A stretch of DNA of 63,601 nucleotides, counting the filler, from Choristocarpus tenellus KU-1152 (Eukaryota > Protista > Phaeophyceae): the NCBI GenBank assembly GCA_964200185.2. It is 11 parts of 11 records of this genome, joined end to end, with 100 filler letters (N's around TTAATTAATTAA, not from the genome) between each part and the next. Parts side by side here need not be neighbours in the genome. Positions count along the whole stretch, not along the records: positions 33,068 to 42,178 come from CAXNAD020003972.1; positions 42,279 to 45,105 come from CAXNAD020024405.1; positions 45,206 to 50,768 come from CAXNAD020010414.1; 8 more parts are not named here. One strand, 5' to 3'. Under the pieces are notes generated by a model that saw only the letters and a program-made list of their open reading frames with translations, was not told the DNA's origin and did no database searches. The translations under genes and the position numbers were made by a program. Position 1 is the first letter of the stretch. Every line of letters begins with the position of its first letter. Of this stretch, positions 36,101-50,021 are shown piece by piece.

Positions 36101-39100
36101 ACCTTCGAAAGGTTGCCATTGTGGAGCTCCATGAAGACAGAGAGCAGGTATGAAGTCTAGTTTGATTGCACATCACTTGTGCCAGCTGTCCTCCCCACTT
36201 ATACAACCCCACCTATTGCTCTATTGTGCCTGGCTTCTTTGTTTCATTTACGCATCGCCCATTTTTCTATTGTTACACTGTTTCAGAAAAATAGGTTATA
36301 GCATGATTATTATTATTGTTCACCTGATCAGTGAGAATGGTGATCCACTATCAAACTTCACTAGTTTGATACCCAATAGTAATTGCTTTTGTGCACCACC
36401 GCTCTCCAGAATATCTGATGGAGAATTTGTAGATTATTTCATTCTCCAGAAACACATCCAGACCAAAGTAAGCAGCCAGCAACACAATGTCAATTTTTCT
36501 TGCAGCCACATTGTGCTTTGGAGAGCACCGCAGTAGCAGATATTTTGTTTGTAACATTCCACCCCAGAGCAAGAAGGGCTTCATCCAGACAAAGCTGCAT
36601 GTGAGGTGTTGACCCGAAAGCAATTTCGAACATGTCTCAACTTGAATCTGGTCCAGGAGCTTCGCCATGCAGCATCAGTACGCATTCAAGCGGTGGTTCG
36701 CACTTGCTTTGCACAGAAGAGATGCCGTGCCTGGGGGGAGGTGAAACGTCAGAGGACCAGGGACATGGACATTGCTCGCAGGCGACTGCAGGTGCCACAA
36801 AAAGAACACGGTTGCAGTAGAAAATGTACACCCTACATCGACCTGCTGAGATGATGTGTTGTCATTCATTCTTTTCAACACCTGTGCACCCTGGCTCTTC
36901 AAGAGATTCCATATGGTGATGAACGGTCTCAAGGCAAGGGCGTCAATCCCTTGGACCAAAGTAAAGTCTATCCATGAGCCTGCAGTTCTTTGTTTCTGTG
37001 ACTCACATTTATTATGCAGGAGACTCATTCATATGCTTGCCTATGTAAAACTTTCCCCGAGCAAAGTGCATCGGCTCCAGACAGAGCTCTAGAGCACTTG
37101 GTGACTAATCGAAATGCTCCTGCTGCTGAGCAATACATATTCTCCCGCCCTAGTGTTGCTCAGTCTGACAGGCTGATGGAGGCATGTTGACCTTGTGCTC
37201 AAAGGAAAGATAGATCATGCCATGCTTGATAGAACCGCGAACATTTTGATGTAATTTCGGCTATCGTGTTTGTTAGGGAGTGTCAATATCCTTGTTCCGA
37301 CCACACCTTTTCAGAACATTCTCATTCTACCTACTCTGAAACATTTCGGAGTAGGAAAATGTCATAAGAAGCCTGTGGGAATCCAAGCCCCAAACGGACA
37401 AAACAGGGTAAAACTCATGCCCTCTAAGACAATTTCACTCTCTTCAATGACGTTAGACCAAAAACACAAAAAGGGCCATAAATTTACCTGTAACGCCATA
37501 ATGTAGCTGGCTGCAGCCCGGCCTGTGACCCAGACATAGTGGATGGCCATGGACTCAGTTATGTTTGAACTTGGTTGTATAGGTCCGGCCGGTGGCCCTG
37601 GTGATGTTGAGTAGTGATGGCCATGGATTCAATCATGTTGGAACATACTTGTACCCGACTGTCCAACAGTCCAGGTCATTTCAAAGTAGCACCAGCCATG
37701 GGCCTGGCCATGTTAGAACATATTATCTATGACTGGCTAATTATTGTACTATTGACACTTGGGTGGTCGTGTCATGCCCATGATTCCCCCTTCATTCCCC
37801 ATTCATTCCCCTTTCACTCTACTTGTATCTTGTATCTTGTATCCTATACTTCTACTGTAAAGACATTATTTGATCAGTACTAAATACAAAATATATCATG
37901 CAGCAGTAGGTTGCTTTCTATTTCAATATATCTATATAGTTATTATAATATTTTCTGGTTGTTATTTACTACTTCCGACTACTAAACAATTAATACCGGT
38001 ACATTATCAAATGAAAAAATAGAAAATATTAAATAATTTCCATACATACGTGCCCCTTGGCATTCTCATTGCACATGTCCATGGATAGATTCTTTGACTT
38101 CGAACCAAGAAAGTCTAGAGATGGTTAGAAAGCGTGCTATCTACATGTACATAAAATTTGACCTTTGACACTTTGCACACATTTTTTCATTATGTGCAAG
38201 GAGTTGGACTAGTACAAACACGTAGTGGACCAGGTCCAGACATATCAGAAAAAAGCTAGATTGGTCAGCAGGCATGGTCCGGACATGTGAGATCGCACAT
38301 AGACCATTACTATACCCAGTTGGAATGATGTAGACAAGTTTGAGAATGTTAGACCCTGTCCTGCCGATGGACTCAGTACAATACCCAGTCAACACGGTCA
38401 ACATGTTAGCAAATGCTAGGCCCAGTCCGGCAGGCAGGCATGGACTGGTTCAATACTTAGTGGATCAAAGTATCTGGGGGGGGGGGGGTGCCGGCGTCCG
38501 TTTTTGACCAGTGGACATGGAACGGCACATGTCAGATAGTTGTGGGACCAGTCCAGCTGGACAGGACCATTCAGATCTGCTGGCACAGTGAAACTTCCTG
38601 ATATTCATCATCCATACTCCTCAATCTTGCTAAGGGGGGTTGAAATATCATCCCATTAAGCAGGGAGATGATACGATAATCCTCACACAATTTTGCCTCA
38701 GGTCCCTTAGAATATGGGATACACAGCACCTCAAGGTGACACACGCCTATGTTGCAAAATAAACATATCACTGCTGTTTTGTCATCTCTGCATACTCTGG
38801 AGTAGTTTGCACAGTTAATGCTACTGCTGCTGATGCTGTGTACTTGATATTGTACTGTTGAGTACATAATCCTATTGGGTGAAAGTATCTTAGAGAGTAC
38901 AAGTTTTTCCCTGTTTGTCCATTTGGGGCTTGGCTTCCCATGGGGGTTTTTATGACATTTTCCTACTCCAAAATATTTCGGAGTAGGTAAAATGTGTATG
39001 TTATGAAAGGTGTGTCCAGAACAAGGATGTTGACACTTCCTAACAAACACGATAGTCAAAATTACATCAAAATGGCAACATTGCATCGTGGCCCCCAAAT

Positions 39101-41161
39101 GGACGCGGCTCTACCCTCTACGATACTTTGGCTCATTCCTCATTGACAACACTGTCATCTTGATATACCTTGCAGTGTGCCTCACGTGCATTCCTAGCTC
39201 GAATGTGGCTTGCTAAGCTGAAGATGGAAGAAGAGGTACGGAAGGAGATCATGCAAAGGTCAGCCGTCACAATACAGGTGTGCAGCCCCTTCTACATCAG
39301 GACTGGTTCGGTAGAGATGATTGCAAACCGAGAAGGTCCTGAGGGACCTGTTTGTCTCATTGGGTTTGTCAACGGAGAGAGACATTTGTTAGGTCATTAT
39401 CGAACAGTCCACATGATAGTGTGGTGTTATTGAGCGTTTCTTGCACGTGGATGGTTGTGTTAGACCTAGGGATATAATATCATGACCTCTGGATTAAGGT
39501 CGAAATTGGAGTGGTAGGTGTGAATGCCAAAAGGAGAATTTTGATCAATGGGATAGCCTTAGATGTCACAGTTGAGTCAAACGGAGGAAATTGCTCCACA
39601 GTAATCCTAACCCTTTTGATCAAATGTTGCTAAGAAATTTAGTAGGGAGAAAAAATTACGATCTTTGACATTTTTCTATGGGTGCGATATTCCGTCCCTT
39701 TGACCGTATAGGCCTTTTGGAGGGGCTGCATAGGCCACTACACTGGACGCATGGTGAAGAAGGAGATCGAGAGGATAAAGCGAGCCAGGCACCGAGCTGG
39801 TGAGGACATAAGCACTATGCACGAATTCGTGTTCTTATGTGTTGTATAGTGGCTGCAAGGTAAACCTTTTGACCTGTATAGCAAGCAAGGCCAAGAAGGT
39901 GTCCGGAGGATCTATCCACCCGCTGCAAAATTGAAGGTCACATGCAATATTCTGATGCTCTTCGCACTCTCATGGCAAGACCCTTACCTTGGAAAATTAG
40001 ACACTGGGCTAGACATAAAATGGAGTGCTTGCAAATATAATCAATCCCTAACCAACCCTGGCCCCAACCAGCCATCAAGATCCAAGCAGCTTTCCGTGGA
40101 TACTGTGGACGGAATGTTTGGAGGTACCTACATCGAGTCTGGAAGAAGAACAGCAGAGCAGCAAGAAGAATACAGAAGGTAGGCGGGCAGACAGGCAAGC
40201 CCAGGAGAGTTGCTCAAGCAAGACTTTCTGCATTTGCCAGTTGAACAATTGAATGAAAAAATTCAATGCACCAATCTTATTCTGGTTGGAAATTTCCCGC
40301 TAGTGATGGCAAGTACGATGTAAGCTGCAGATAACAATATATATATATATATATATCCCTTTTTTGTAAATCAATTGTTTCCCTTTGCATATTAGATGTT
40401 GGTAATGTGTAGTCACCTGTATAGAGAACGGTCACTCTTCTCTCCCGTACACTATGCAGCATATTTTGGCAAAGAAAGCTTGCTTCCTTCTCTTGGAGGA
40501 CACCATACAAATGGACATGTATACCACCATACTTTCATGCACCTTGTACTTGAAGTACTAACACAAAGTGTAGTGCAACTTCAACTAGAGGTACCAGAGC
40601 ATGCCTTGGTTCACACTATTCCACTGTATGATACAGTCAGTTGCACATGGTTGTGGAGATCGTTCCTATTCTACAAAAGGTGCATTAATAGTGAAGGGTG
40701 CTGTCCATTGTAGCTTGTCATTGCCCAGAATTGGAGCTGACCGACTGACAGGACTGTTCAGTTTGAGGTGCAGCAAAGCAGGTACCCTAGGTCAGCTGGT
40801 CAGGAACCATGGAGTGACATACATGGACATTTGGCCTGAGTACAACAGAGCTTACCTGCCAACTATCCCAAATAAATATTGAATAAATTGCTCTTCCGAC
40901 AGAGTTTCCAAATGGTCATCTGAAAATGTGTGTATGTATGTGTGTGTTCCTTTGGATGAATCATTGGTGTATGCTATGACGTTCTTTTCAATCTTCACTC
41001 TGATCTCAATAGGTTTTCCGTGGTAGCCGTGTAATGGATTGGCATGACATCCGTATGAACAAGTTCGCACAACACATCTTCATGCGACAAGAACTGGAAT
41101 ACCAAGAGAGATTAGACCATGGACGTGGGCGCTACAGGCAACTCGTGTATGAAGCACACAG
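33135..41161 (+). CDS. Multi-exon IQ-motif (calmodulin-binding) protein, partial at both ends
   Basis: GT-AG exons encode ERAASTIQ/EYWTRYK (33135-33185, 33322-), AASVRIQAVVRTCFAQKR (~36568-36791), CASRAFLAR..SAVTIQ/AFWRG (39176-39277, 39712-39799), VFRGSRVMDWHDIRMN (41013-41161). The full exon chain is unresolved. Confidence 0.7.
34402..34455 (+). repeat. Perfect minisatellite (TTTATCAAA)6
   Basis: Read directly from the sequence. Confidence 0.97.
37241..37440 (-). mobile_element. MITE family A, truncated at one end
   Basis: Internal CCTACTCTGAAACATTTCGGAGTAGG palindrome and ...CCCTCTAAGACAATTTCACTC end. Confidence 0.9.
38462..38511 (+). mobile_element. Family C terminus (CAAAGTATCT-G(n)-GGCGTCCGTTTT); also at 48446-48500 and 63532-63601, with a degenerate relative at 2944-3000
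   Basis: Same terminal motif as families A and B, with a different subterminal sequence shared by these copies. No partner TIR found within the contigs. Confidence 0.75.
38877..39134 (+). mobile_element. MITE family A in an intron of the IQ gene
   Basis: TIRs as above; TSD ATT at 38874-38876 and 39135-39137. Confidence 0.95.
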
Positions 41162-42299
41162 GTATGAATAGACAAAAAGTATTCTCTACGGCTGTGAACA
41201 TCAGTCACTCTGGTACAAGCGACTGTTACTTGTTGGGGGATCATTTCTGCTCTAATAAAGTTAAGGCTAGAGTTGGGGATAAGCAGAGTGCCAAACTTGA
41301 AAGATGTACTGGAGCGAGGTCTACTAACTCATTGATGATCAATCTCCCAGTCAATCGGCAGTGGTATCCAGCACATGCTATCCACAAAAAATCAATTCTA
41401 CAAATTTACGACAGAAGAAGATGTCACGGTACTGATCAGCATGACTTGCTTGAAATTGAATGATGAACTTGCCACTTTGCTATGGAATATAGACACAATG
41501 TATTCTAGTTTCTTGAAGTGAAATGGAAGCAATTAGGTAAATGTCAGTAAGAAACTGTTCACCCAACTGTGAATTCTAGGGACCTGTGACACCTGCAGAG
41601 CATTGCACTGTACTGAGCTAAACAAGAGGTAGCCCGGGTTGCATTTTATGGATTCAAACAAGTGCAAAAGATTCGACTTTTGTACAAATGCGTGTAGGGA
41701 CTTTCATGAATTCTGTCGTACAATGTTTAATCAGTAGAGTAATCAACGCTCTCAAGTCAGACTTAGGATTTCATCTGTAGAAATTAGGGCGAATTGAAAA
41801 AAATGAAAGAACGTGACTTAGAATGAAAAACGACCAAAAACTGGGAGCCTCTCGTTTGCTCTGACTCACTGTTGAATTATAGCTGTGATGTTTGAACTTT
41901 CAGTCATGCTGGAGTGATATCAGCATTGCCTTTCACGGATTACCTTTCAAGGGGAAATCTGATGGATGAACACACCAGCAACTTCAGAATTTATATCGAT
42001 TGCTGGATTAAGTTTAGGGTAATTAACCCTTTGAGAAAAAACATGAGGTACATTTCCTTGTGAAATTCCGTCTCAGTTTGCCAGATTATTCAATATCTCT
42101 CGAATAGCAGAGTTGAGCATTAGCAGGAAAATAAAGCAGTCCTAAACTTCGAATGGAGGACAAAGTATATGGGGGGAGNNNNNNNNNNNNNNNNNNNNNN
42201 NNNNNNNNNNNNNNNNNNNNNNTTAATTAATTAANNNNNNNNNNNNNNNNNNNNNNNNNNNNNNNNNNNNNNNNNNNNCCCCCCAGGTACTTTGGGTCT

Positions 42300-43000
42300 T
42301 TTAACATGCCTGTGTAGGGGTGCCCAGCAGAACCAGTTCCCGCTTCTTGTGTTGGTCAGAGCCGGACTAAAATGACAAGGCTTAGAAGCTGTGCTTGTCC
42401 ATTGGTATCCTACCAAGTAGTGAACAGATCTTCTTCAATTGTTTGCCACATAAATAGGCTAAAGAATACTTCAAAATAAGGAACATGGGCAGTAAAAGCC
42501 CACACCATATCTTTGAACATTTTTCTTGGGATCCAACCTAGTTGTTGAAAATCCTTCAACAGGTAATCACTTGGACAGGCAAACTGATGATGTAATTGAG
42601 CAATCAAAGTTTCATTCACATCTTTCCAACTATTCTTGGGGCTTCAACCCTGTGGTGGGCTGACCTACAACGGTTCCCCACTCCAAGTTTCCACACTGTA
42701 ACACAATGCATTAAACTCAATTTGTTCATTCAGTAACATCAACAGTATTGAAAATTTTCCAAACCCCTATCACCAGTGAGTGGGTGGAGACTTTGTTACA
42801 CCTAGAATGTGCTGCACAAAGTCATGTTATCGTTGGCACAACTAATCGTTCATTTCAAGCACTTCGAAGCAGATGAATCAGGCCCTTAGTTGTTGGAAAA
42901 ACTCCAGATACACACACTACCTTCAACTCCAAACATGGGACATACTGTACAATCAAGTTAGTTGTATATTGTAATGACAAATGGAAAAAGGAATATGATA
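42300..43000 (-). mobile_element. Heavily decayed Gypsy-like RT/RNase H linker relic
   Basis: Weak motifs FQQLG..RKMFKD..TA...SLFMW..EED.F and FPTTKGL. Confidence 0.35.
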
Positions 43001-44583
43001 CATAAAAAATGTGTGTTGTAGGTTCCACGTATGATGGCATCGTATTACCAGAAGACTGGAAAATGAACAAAAACGTAAATACTAAAACAACTGAAAATTC
43101 AGTGAATTCGAAATCACTAAGTTTTCCTGTATCATTAACAACAGTAGAGCACAGCCTAGGACTCACCTTCTCGATCTAAAATTTGATATGGGCGGAAGTC
43201 TGTGTGCCAAAAAAAAACACAGTTGGGATGCTGAGGTGCTCCCCGCCTGAAAGTTTCCCCAATACCAAAGTGGCAATAGCAGTACAGTTGCTCATCATTG
43301 TCTACAGTGAAAGATTCAGTCAGTTGGAAGCTACAGAGCGACCCTCCATAACCCCTCCTCCAAGGAGTTGTCGCGCTGTGTGTTCAACTTATCGAATGCA
43401 TTGAGACCCTCTCTAGGGAAGTTCCCAGAACCGAGGTGACTGTAGCAGTGGAGTATTTATCATTGGCTACAGTGGAAGTAAGGACCCAGTCAGTTGCAAC
43501 CTACAAAACATCCCTCCCTGCTCTTGGTTGCTGGACGAAAGTCTTACCATTGATTCGATTAGATGTGAGCGGTTGTAGGCATTGCAAGATGCTATGCACA
43601 GCACATTTCCTGACATTTAGTGGGTACTATCTTCTTGTCCACCTGCTGTACAAAGATTTTCCAAGTGGATAGTGAATTGTCAACATATATTTATTTGCCT
43701 TCCTAGCTCATTCATAACCATACAGGAAACAACGTATACAGCATCGGCAAAACAAAAAAAACACGAGAGTTATTTTTTTGAAGAAAGACAGTCAGTTCGA
43801 TTTCTGCCCCGAAGGAGGAGCACATGTATGGGTGAGGGGGGGCGGGTTATACCCTACCTAGATATCGATGTATATCTGTTGACCTTGGAAAAATCAACCA
43901 AAAATAACTTGGGCTACTCTGGAATACTAAGGGCCATTATTATTGGCAATATTTTTGCTGTTGTCTCCTTTGTACCATTTTGTAACATTTTATTCCCAAA
44001 ATAGTCAAATAATTCGACATTTCATCCTTAACAATGTGCCATTTGGTAATGAGGCAGCAAATTTCCGTCGATGAGAACGGACCTAACGATGGATCTTTTC
44101 CTTTTTTGCATCGCTCTACACTCCCACTATATGTGCCCAACAATTAGATGCATACATTATGTACATCTATCGTTGCACAAGGAGTGGAGGCTGCTGCTGT
44201 GGTTGTCACACTCTCCCAGAGTACTTAGCATTGCATAGGCAGGAAATGCATACAATAACAATCAAAATCACTTGCTGAATGGTGGCTTTTGTCTACCAGA
44301 AGGTAGAACATTGATGATACTATGTGCAATCACTCAATAGAGCCCACAATTTCTCTGTTGTTATCACGCATGATGTATTGCTGGTGGTTTCACCACCATT
44401 ATTAGAGGAACCTACCTTTGTAACCTTATCTAAATCCATGTCAAAACGAAGTGAGGACACTTACGCACCTTTGCATCATGCTTGTCATTATGCACGAGTT
44501 GCTTCTGGGGACAAGAGAAAGAGGTGGAGTGGACCCTTCCATGGCACTCTGACTAAAATAAAATAATTGCAAGTTTAGCCAAG

Positions 44584-44841
44584 GAGTCAAGTATCTTAGA
44601 GGGTATGGCCGCTTCTGTTTGGGGTCAAAATCCAATGTTGTGAGTATGATGTAATTTTGGCTATCATGTTTGTTAGGAAGAGTCAATATCCTTGTTCTGG
44701 ACGCACCTTTTCATAACGTGTACATTTCACCTGCTCCGAAACATTTCGAAGTAGCAAAATGTAATTAAGAAAGCAGTGGGAAGCCAAGCCCCAAACGGAC
44801 AAACAGGGCAAAACTCGTACCCTCTCAAGATACGTTTACTC
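44584..44841 (-). mobile_element. MITE family A
   Basis: TIRs as above; TSD AAG at 44581-44583 and 44842-44844. Confidence 0.95.
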
Positions 44842-45349
44842 AAGGTCGCAGTGTTCGCACAAAATGATCCCCCTTATTGCTATCAAAGAAATAGTAACGC
44901 CTGATTGAGCAACTTGATGCCCTGCAAGAAAAGATACACAACACCAGCCATGTCTGGAATAATATATATATATATATATCCTCGCTCTCACAGGGACATC
45001 ATCGGGCAATAACCAAGATAAAAATCAACACGAATGCTACGAATGTGAACGATCACAGTAAGAAACGAGGTCAGAGTATCTTGGGTGGGGGGGTGGTTTG
45101 TGAGGNNNNNNNNNNNNNNNNNNNNNNNNNNNNNNNNNNNNNNNNNNNNTTAATTAATTAANNNNNNNNNNNNNNNNNNNNNNNNNNNNNNNNNNNNNNN
45201 NNNNNTGTCCATTTGGGTCAAAATCAGGAAAGGTGCATTTACATTATCCATCCAATGTATGCAACCAAATCACCCAAAAATTGCGACATGAAAAATTAAC
45301 CCCAAATGGACAGCCGCCACCCCCCCCCAGATACTTGGAGTCCAATAAT

Positions 45350-47120
45350 ATCCTTAACATAAGTATAAGGAGCTCAATCGACAGGTCCAGTTCCACGCTG
45401 AGGTTGAAATTCTGTTTCGACTAAAGGGAAGTAAGTATGTGCAAGTATCCAATTCGGGTAGATTCACTGAAACACTGAATGATACTTAGCACATACTTCG
45501 AGTATATCGAAGATCTGGGAAACTCGTGTTGAAATAAAAAAGTGTCAGCAAAAGACGACTTAACCGCAGTACTTAATTCTGGTCAAGCAATTGGATAAAG
45601 GGATGGTGTGTTGACACAGCACTAATATGAGCAACATTTAGTAATGAAATGTCAACAGGAAAAATGTTTCCTGGTACTACTGTACTTGTGTTAACCTTAA
45701 CACTATCCCTGGAAGGGTTAGCAAGTTGAACGGCCCCTGAACAATAACCAGCAATCTAGTGCTAAGTGTGTGGGGACTGCAATATGCGTCCACGAATCCA
45801 AAATATTTATCATCACAACATTTGATCTTGGGTTCGAGGAAGCAAATGTAGCAAAAGCAGTTGAAATCGAGCTAACAGCGGACATTAAGGTCTCTGACAC
45901 AGGAGGAATGTAATGTGTTCATTGAGCGATAAAGAGTATGTGTTGCTGAAGTATTAATTGCGACTGCCGTGGTCGATTCTGGATTACCCTGATAAAATGA
46001 TTACCCTGGTAAAAGGACGACACACGATATGTACCAGATAACTTAACAATACTGCTAATAAAGAAATAATTGAAAGCGCCAACAATAACCGACTCCAAAT
46101 GCATACACCACGCTATTGTCTTCGAGAGAACATTGTCGGAGCCTAAGTCTGGAAAAACTGGAGCTTCGACGGGGTGAGTAACATTACCTCGTGAGAGTAA
46201 ATCGCACAAATCTATGACCTTGTGGTGGGGAGATAACTGCAGAACGTGGGTCAAAGCACCTGCACGAATGGACTACTCAATCCGGGGATTGCACAAAATA
46301 GGATGTGTGTGTAAAATTTCGTTGAAAATACGTATGATGTTACTAGCCATGTCAAGAGCAATTTGTACATTCGTTAAGGACGACCCCTTGCGCACAAAAT
46401 TCGCTTTGAATTACACGTTAGTTGCACAGGCTGCTGAGGATAATGAGATAAGAAGCTAGCGTACGAGGCTCATTGCACTATGTTGAAAATGTTCCGTAAC
46501 TGTCACTCATCCGTTGAAATTCGACGTTGCCTACTCTTACCCCAGCGAGAAAGAAAAAAAATGTGGGACAAGCTCAAAAGAAATACTGTAACCACTCAAA
46601 ATCGTAGCCTCTTTTCCTTTGGTTCTTGGAAACGACCTCGTTGCCACCTGTTACTATAATTTCTTGTTGTGTTGCAGTAGTTTCAAAAGGTTTCAAGTGC
46701 TTCTCCAAACAAACCAATAGCAAGTTTTAAGACGTATTTCAGAGGATCAGAACCTGTAGAAGCACGACCTACCTCTAACACAAGACATGTTTGAACTCCA
46801 CGAAATATAGGAGTAAAGATGTACGGTTTCATCCGTGTTCTGCGTGATACGTGTCCACTAACGACCATACCCTGCTTCTGCATTAGCAGGGGAAACGATC
46901 GAACAAAAACTGCCTTTAAGTCATGCCAGGAACATGGCAGAATAATAGGGAGGGAGGGGATCGTTAGACCCTGCTGCCGTTTGAATAGCAATCATATCGC
47001 ATAATAGTGAATGCCACTCAATATCTCCCCGCAGAGCTTGCTGATAAGCAATCTCGCCTGCTGTCCTAAAGTTGGGGAAAGACTTGAAGGCATGATTTAG
47101 AGAGTCATTATTGTCCAAAA
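45350..47120 (-). pseudogene. Decayed coding relic, possibly a tyrosine recombinase (Crypton-like)
   Basis: Chain of short same-strand ORFs. Segment IIRIFNEIL...IE*SIRAGALTHVLQ...LLSRGN resembles the HS.R.G......RG box of tyrosine recombinases. Confidence 0.3.
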
Positions 47121-47122
47121 GT

Positions 47123-47299
47123 GACCCAAAGTATCTGGAGGGGGGGGTGTACACCAGGGTGTCCTTATTGGGACAAAATCAGGAAATGTGCATTTTCATT
47201 ATTCATCCGACGTATGCAACCACAAATCACACAAAAATGGCGACATGAAAAAATTGAACCCAAATGGACAGCCGCCACCCCCCCCAGATACTTTGAACC
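47123..47299 (+). mobile_element. MITE family B, complete
   Basis: GACCCAAAGTATCTGGAG(n)...C(n)AGATACTTTGAACC; flanks AGT and TGT (2 of 3 match). Confidence 0.92.
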
Positions 47300-47378
47300 T
47301 GTGGGCAATTTCAATTTTACCGTGACTTGAAGTTGTCAAGCATACCTCGAAAACTGTGCACAAGGGAGTCCTGCTGTC

Positions 47379-47688
47379 TTTGGGAACCCCACTGTCATAC
47401 TTTTTTCATTTTTTCACAACATTTTTGAAACCTAACCCTATCTCTAACCCTAAGCCTAGCTTGTGTCTTAATATATCCCTAACCAGCCAAGGAAGCATTC
47501 TAGAAGAGGTGTGTTGGACGAGTATGGTGTGCACTGGGGAATCACAACCTCTCAAGGATCCACCGCTTTTCATTTTCACACTCCTTTTGGAGAATCTAAC
47601 TCTAACCCTAATCGTAACGTCTGTGTGAAAAACAGCTCTAAGGTTTGTTTGAAGAAGTGAAAAAAGTATGACAGAGGGGGTTCCCCAA
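47379..47688. mobile_element. ~310-bp MITE-like element of a different family, ~40-bp TIRs, internal CCTAAC motifs
   Basis: TTGGGAACCCCACTGTCATACTTTTTTCA versus TGAAAAAAGTATGACAGAGGGGGTTCCCCAA; TSD unclear. Confidence 0.8.
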
Positions 47689-50021
47689 GTATATGTCAGA
47701 AATCATCTGAAGATTAGGAGGTGCCTCTCCTGTGTAGACATCCTCGGTCGAACTTGGAACTAGTTCGCACTTGTGAGAGACGACTCAAGTAACGACTAAC
47801 CTGTTGGTTTCGCCTGGTCTGAAAAGATAAAGTCTGTCCAATTGCTCCAAGAGGAACCTGTTGTTTTTTGTGCAATTAACCTTTTGGAGTTATTGCGATT
47901 TGATCAGTAGTGAAGACAAGAAGGTGTGGGAGCTTCACACAATTCCCATTGCTGAATATGTTTTTACATGGTTGAAAAGAAGAGAGACGTTGTGGAGTGT
48001 CTTCTTATTGCCTTTATATTATTAATTGTGCCTCAGATATAAATCAACAGTCTTGTTAGGGGATTCTAATTACAATACCGATCCCCATACATAATCCAGA
48101 TGTACCATCTCATTAGTTACATCTCAATCCAATGCCACAATCTCACATACACAAAATAGAGTATATCTTACGATTTATTATTTTGTACAGTTTTGTTTGA
48201 GTTGAAAAGATAAAGCCTGTCCAATTGCCTCAGCAAGAAGTTTCCCACCCTCTTCAGTAGGACACTGGAATACCCATCGCAATACAAACTGCATAATTAA
48301 TGCCAACATTGGTGAAGAAAGGAACGAAAGAGGGGATATTTTCAACAAGAGCTCCATCATCACTTGCCTTGAAATCATGCTCGGCATCTTTGTGCACGGG
48401 GTCGATCATACACCGTGCGTGTATCTCGAGGAAAGATACACCAGTGGGCCAAAGTATCTGGGCGGGTGGGTCGGGCGTCCGTTTTGTGCCTTTTTTTCAA
48501 AAATAATATTTTTGGATGATTTGCTTGCATGTGTCGGATTTTCAATGTTTTCAAAAAGGGTTGGTGGTTATGGCCTGTTGCTGTTGTGTTGTCGAGAACA
48601 GCGCTAAAAATACTCCATACTCTTATATTGGGTTTGTTTTTTGTCCAAAGTTGGGTTTATGGTTTTAACAACACTAAAAATCATAATGTGTCTATTTTGG
48701 GTTAGCTTGTGTTCAGACTTGGGTGCTGATGAACAACACAAAATGTATATATACTATGTATTCTGGGTTAGGGTTACGGTTAGGGGTTAGGCTTGGGTTA
48801 CGTTAGGGTTTGACAATAATACACTATGTATTGTTTTGGGATATTTTTGTGTCAAGGCTTGTGTTTTCATGAACAACGCTAAAAATGCATCATGTTTTCA
48901 TTTAAGGTTATTTTTGTGTTGATATTATTTTTTTTTATCATTAGGCTTAGGCTTAGGCTAGCATGATGAAGGTCGAGCGTGTCACAGGGACATTAGACAG
49001 TAGGGTTCGCGTTGGTCGGTGGTTTGTGTCATGGTTTGTATATGAGTCTAGGACAAGGGTTTGGGTAAGGGTTAGAGGAAGTTAGGCTGGGGGGGTGCGA
49101 CCCATGCCCTTCTCTAAAGTTAATGTAAAGTGTGAGATGTTTGTGCGATGCAGAGGTTGCTTTTTACATATTCCAAATTGACAGTAGTAGTGAAGCGATG
49201 AACGAATGACTTGCACTGTGTATAAAATGAAGGCTTGCAATGTGATTGCACTTTGTGTAATGGTTTTAGAACAAAAGATGATATACAGTGTAAGTAGAGT
49301 TTGATTTAAGGTTTAGGAATTGCGCTTAGGATTGGGGTAGAAATCGTCCCATGTCCACTTTGTGGTGTAAAGAGTGGACTTGGTGAGAAGACATGTTCAC
49401 GTATTATCCACTAGTGGTCATGGTAACAAGATCGGTGTATGTATGCGCTGTGATTGCTGTGTGACCTTAGGGGTAGGATAGTGAATCCGATATTTAGCTG
49501 GAACCCTGGGTTTATGACATGGTTAGAGGCAGTTGCCAGTTACGTTCGAAGAAGAGCTTGTACAAATAGAGTTGTGGATGAGTTGAAGTATGGTGTTAGG
49601 TTTGGTGAATGCAGTAAGGTTGGTATGGTGAGTGTTGGTTTACGAAATTGAGAATAATAAGTGGCTGTTGATAAGGGAAGGTGTCGAAGGCATGCATTGT
49701 CAACGTGCTTGGAAACTTGTCTGAATGGAACAAAAATAGTGGATTATAAATGTAATATTTTGGCAGTGCTTGCATTGGCTTTGATACACCTTACTTTAGT
49801 CAGACAATAACCTCAAGTATCGTATCTCATGTGAACTGACAAATCTGACTGCTCCACAAGAAAAACATAAAGATCCAACACCACTGTGAAAAAGAATAAG
49901 CCGTCAGATCCAAACCACATAAACACACATGAATTGGAGACCATCTGAAAAACCTTTAGGCCCTAACTGAACAAAACTAAAACTATCCATACTACAAGCT
50001 CAATCAGAAACGATGAAGAAT

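Noticed and set aside
37915-38045. AT-rich patch as a second bacterial or organellar insert (also 32050-32300 and 59000-59170)
   Set aside because: No recognisable protein or RNA motif in the frames examined; cannot be supported without a database search.
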